A stretch of 64,000 nucleotides of DNA, taken from contig OZ024742.1 of NCBI GenBank assembly GCA_964016885.1, positions 226,052,001 to 226,116,000 on the forward strand. Direction: 5' to 3'. The notes below the pieces were generated by a model, which did no database searches, was not told where the DNA came from, and was given only the letters and a program-made list of their open reading frames with translations. Source of the stretch: Eledone cirrhosa (Eukaryota). Of the stretch, positions 63,399-64,000 are shown piece after piece. Each line of letters opens with the position of its first letter. Position 1 is the stretch's first letter. Both the position numbers and the translations under genes were made by a program.

Positions 63399-64000
63399 AT
63401 AATCCAGTGTGGTCCGATATCCAGTTGAGTTACCTAGTTATGTATTATAAGCGAGCAAGCAACCGGCTGGCTAACCTACCAGCCCTTCTCCATGTAATTC
63501 ATCATTAATGACCCCTCCCCCCCTCCTCACACACACGCACACACCAAGAACAAATTTGTTCTAGGTTCAATACCCTTCACTGCCAAAGGCAAGAATTAAC
63601 AGCCCTAAGCCTGCTTAGTAAGTAAACTAAGGAAATGAATTGAAAAGAGAGACCAGCAATATAAGAATTCTGGTATAAAATGTTTCCCACAAATGTGAAA
63701 TTAGAGTTAACACAAAGAAAAATGTAAAAGAAAGGAGCCAATTATTTTTTCCATTGCTGTGATATCTGTCAGTCCTGGCATGTGGTGAGATTTGAACTCA
63801 ATACACAGAGCTGGATGAGATACAACAAAGCATCCTACTCAACTCTAATAATTCTGCCAATCCACTTTTCCATGACTGATACTTTATTGACCCCAAATGA
63901 GTGAAAAGCAAAGTTGACCTCAGTGGGATTTGAACTCAGTGAAAGAGAGCTGGAACAAATACCAACAATGCCAAATTCACCACTTTTATTGAATAAAATT

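Overview
Eukaryotic, repeat-dense genomic DNA, most likely from a coleoid cephalopod (inferred from Octopus-like tRNA-SINEs, RTE tails and microsatellite load). It contains the last ten coding exons of the axonemal central-pair gene HYDIN on the + strand (30552-59011); all have GT-AG boundaries and splice in frame to the stop codon. Bases 1-29768 are a 48-bp tandem satellite of about 620 monomers, truncated by the window edge. It has higher-order structure and lies in a HYDIN intron. The main finding is that this 48-mer is the unit present in 1-4 copies in the 3' UTR of an RTE-clade LINE and of a partner tRNA-SINE scattered through the window. The array sits where that 3' UTR would be for a truncated RTE copy next to it, so a retrotransposon tail minisatellite appears to have expanded in place to at least 30 kb. 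The introns also hold a young 5'-truncated RTE with an unbroken ORF, a CR1-like LINE nested inside another RTE, an RLE (R4/Dong-like) element in a (TATG)n microsatellite, Helitron and mariner remnants, SINE clusters, TTAA-flanked MITEs and long palindromes. The long Cys/His-rich ORFs in the satellite are judged non-coding by-products of a stop-free 16-codon monomer.
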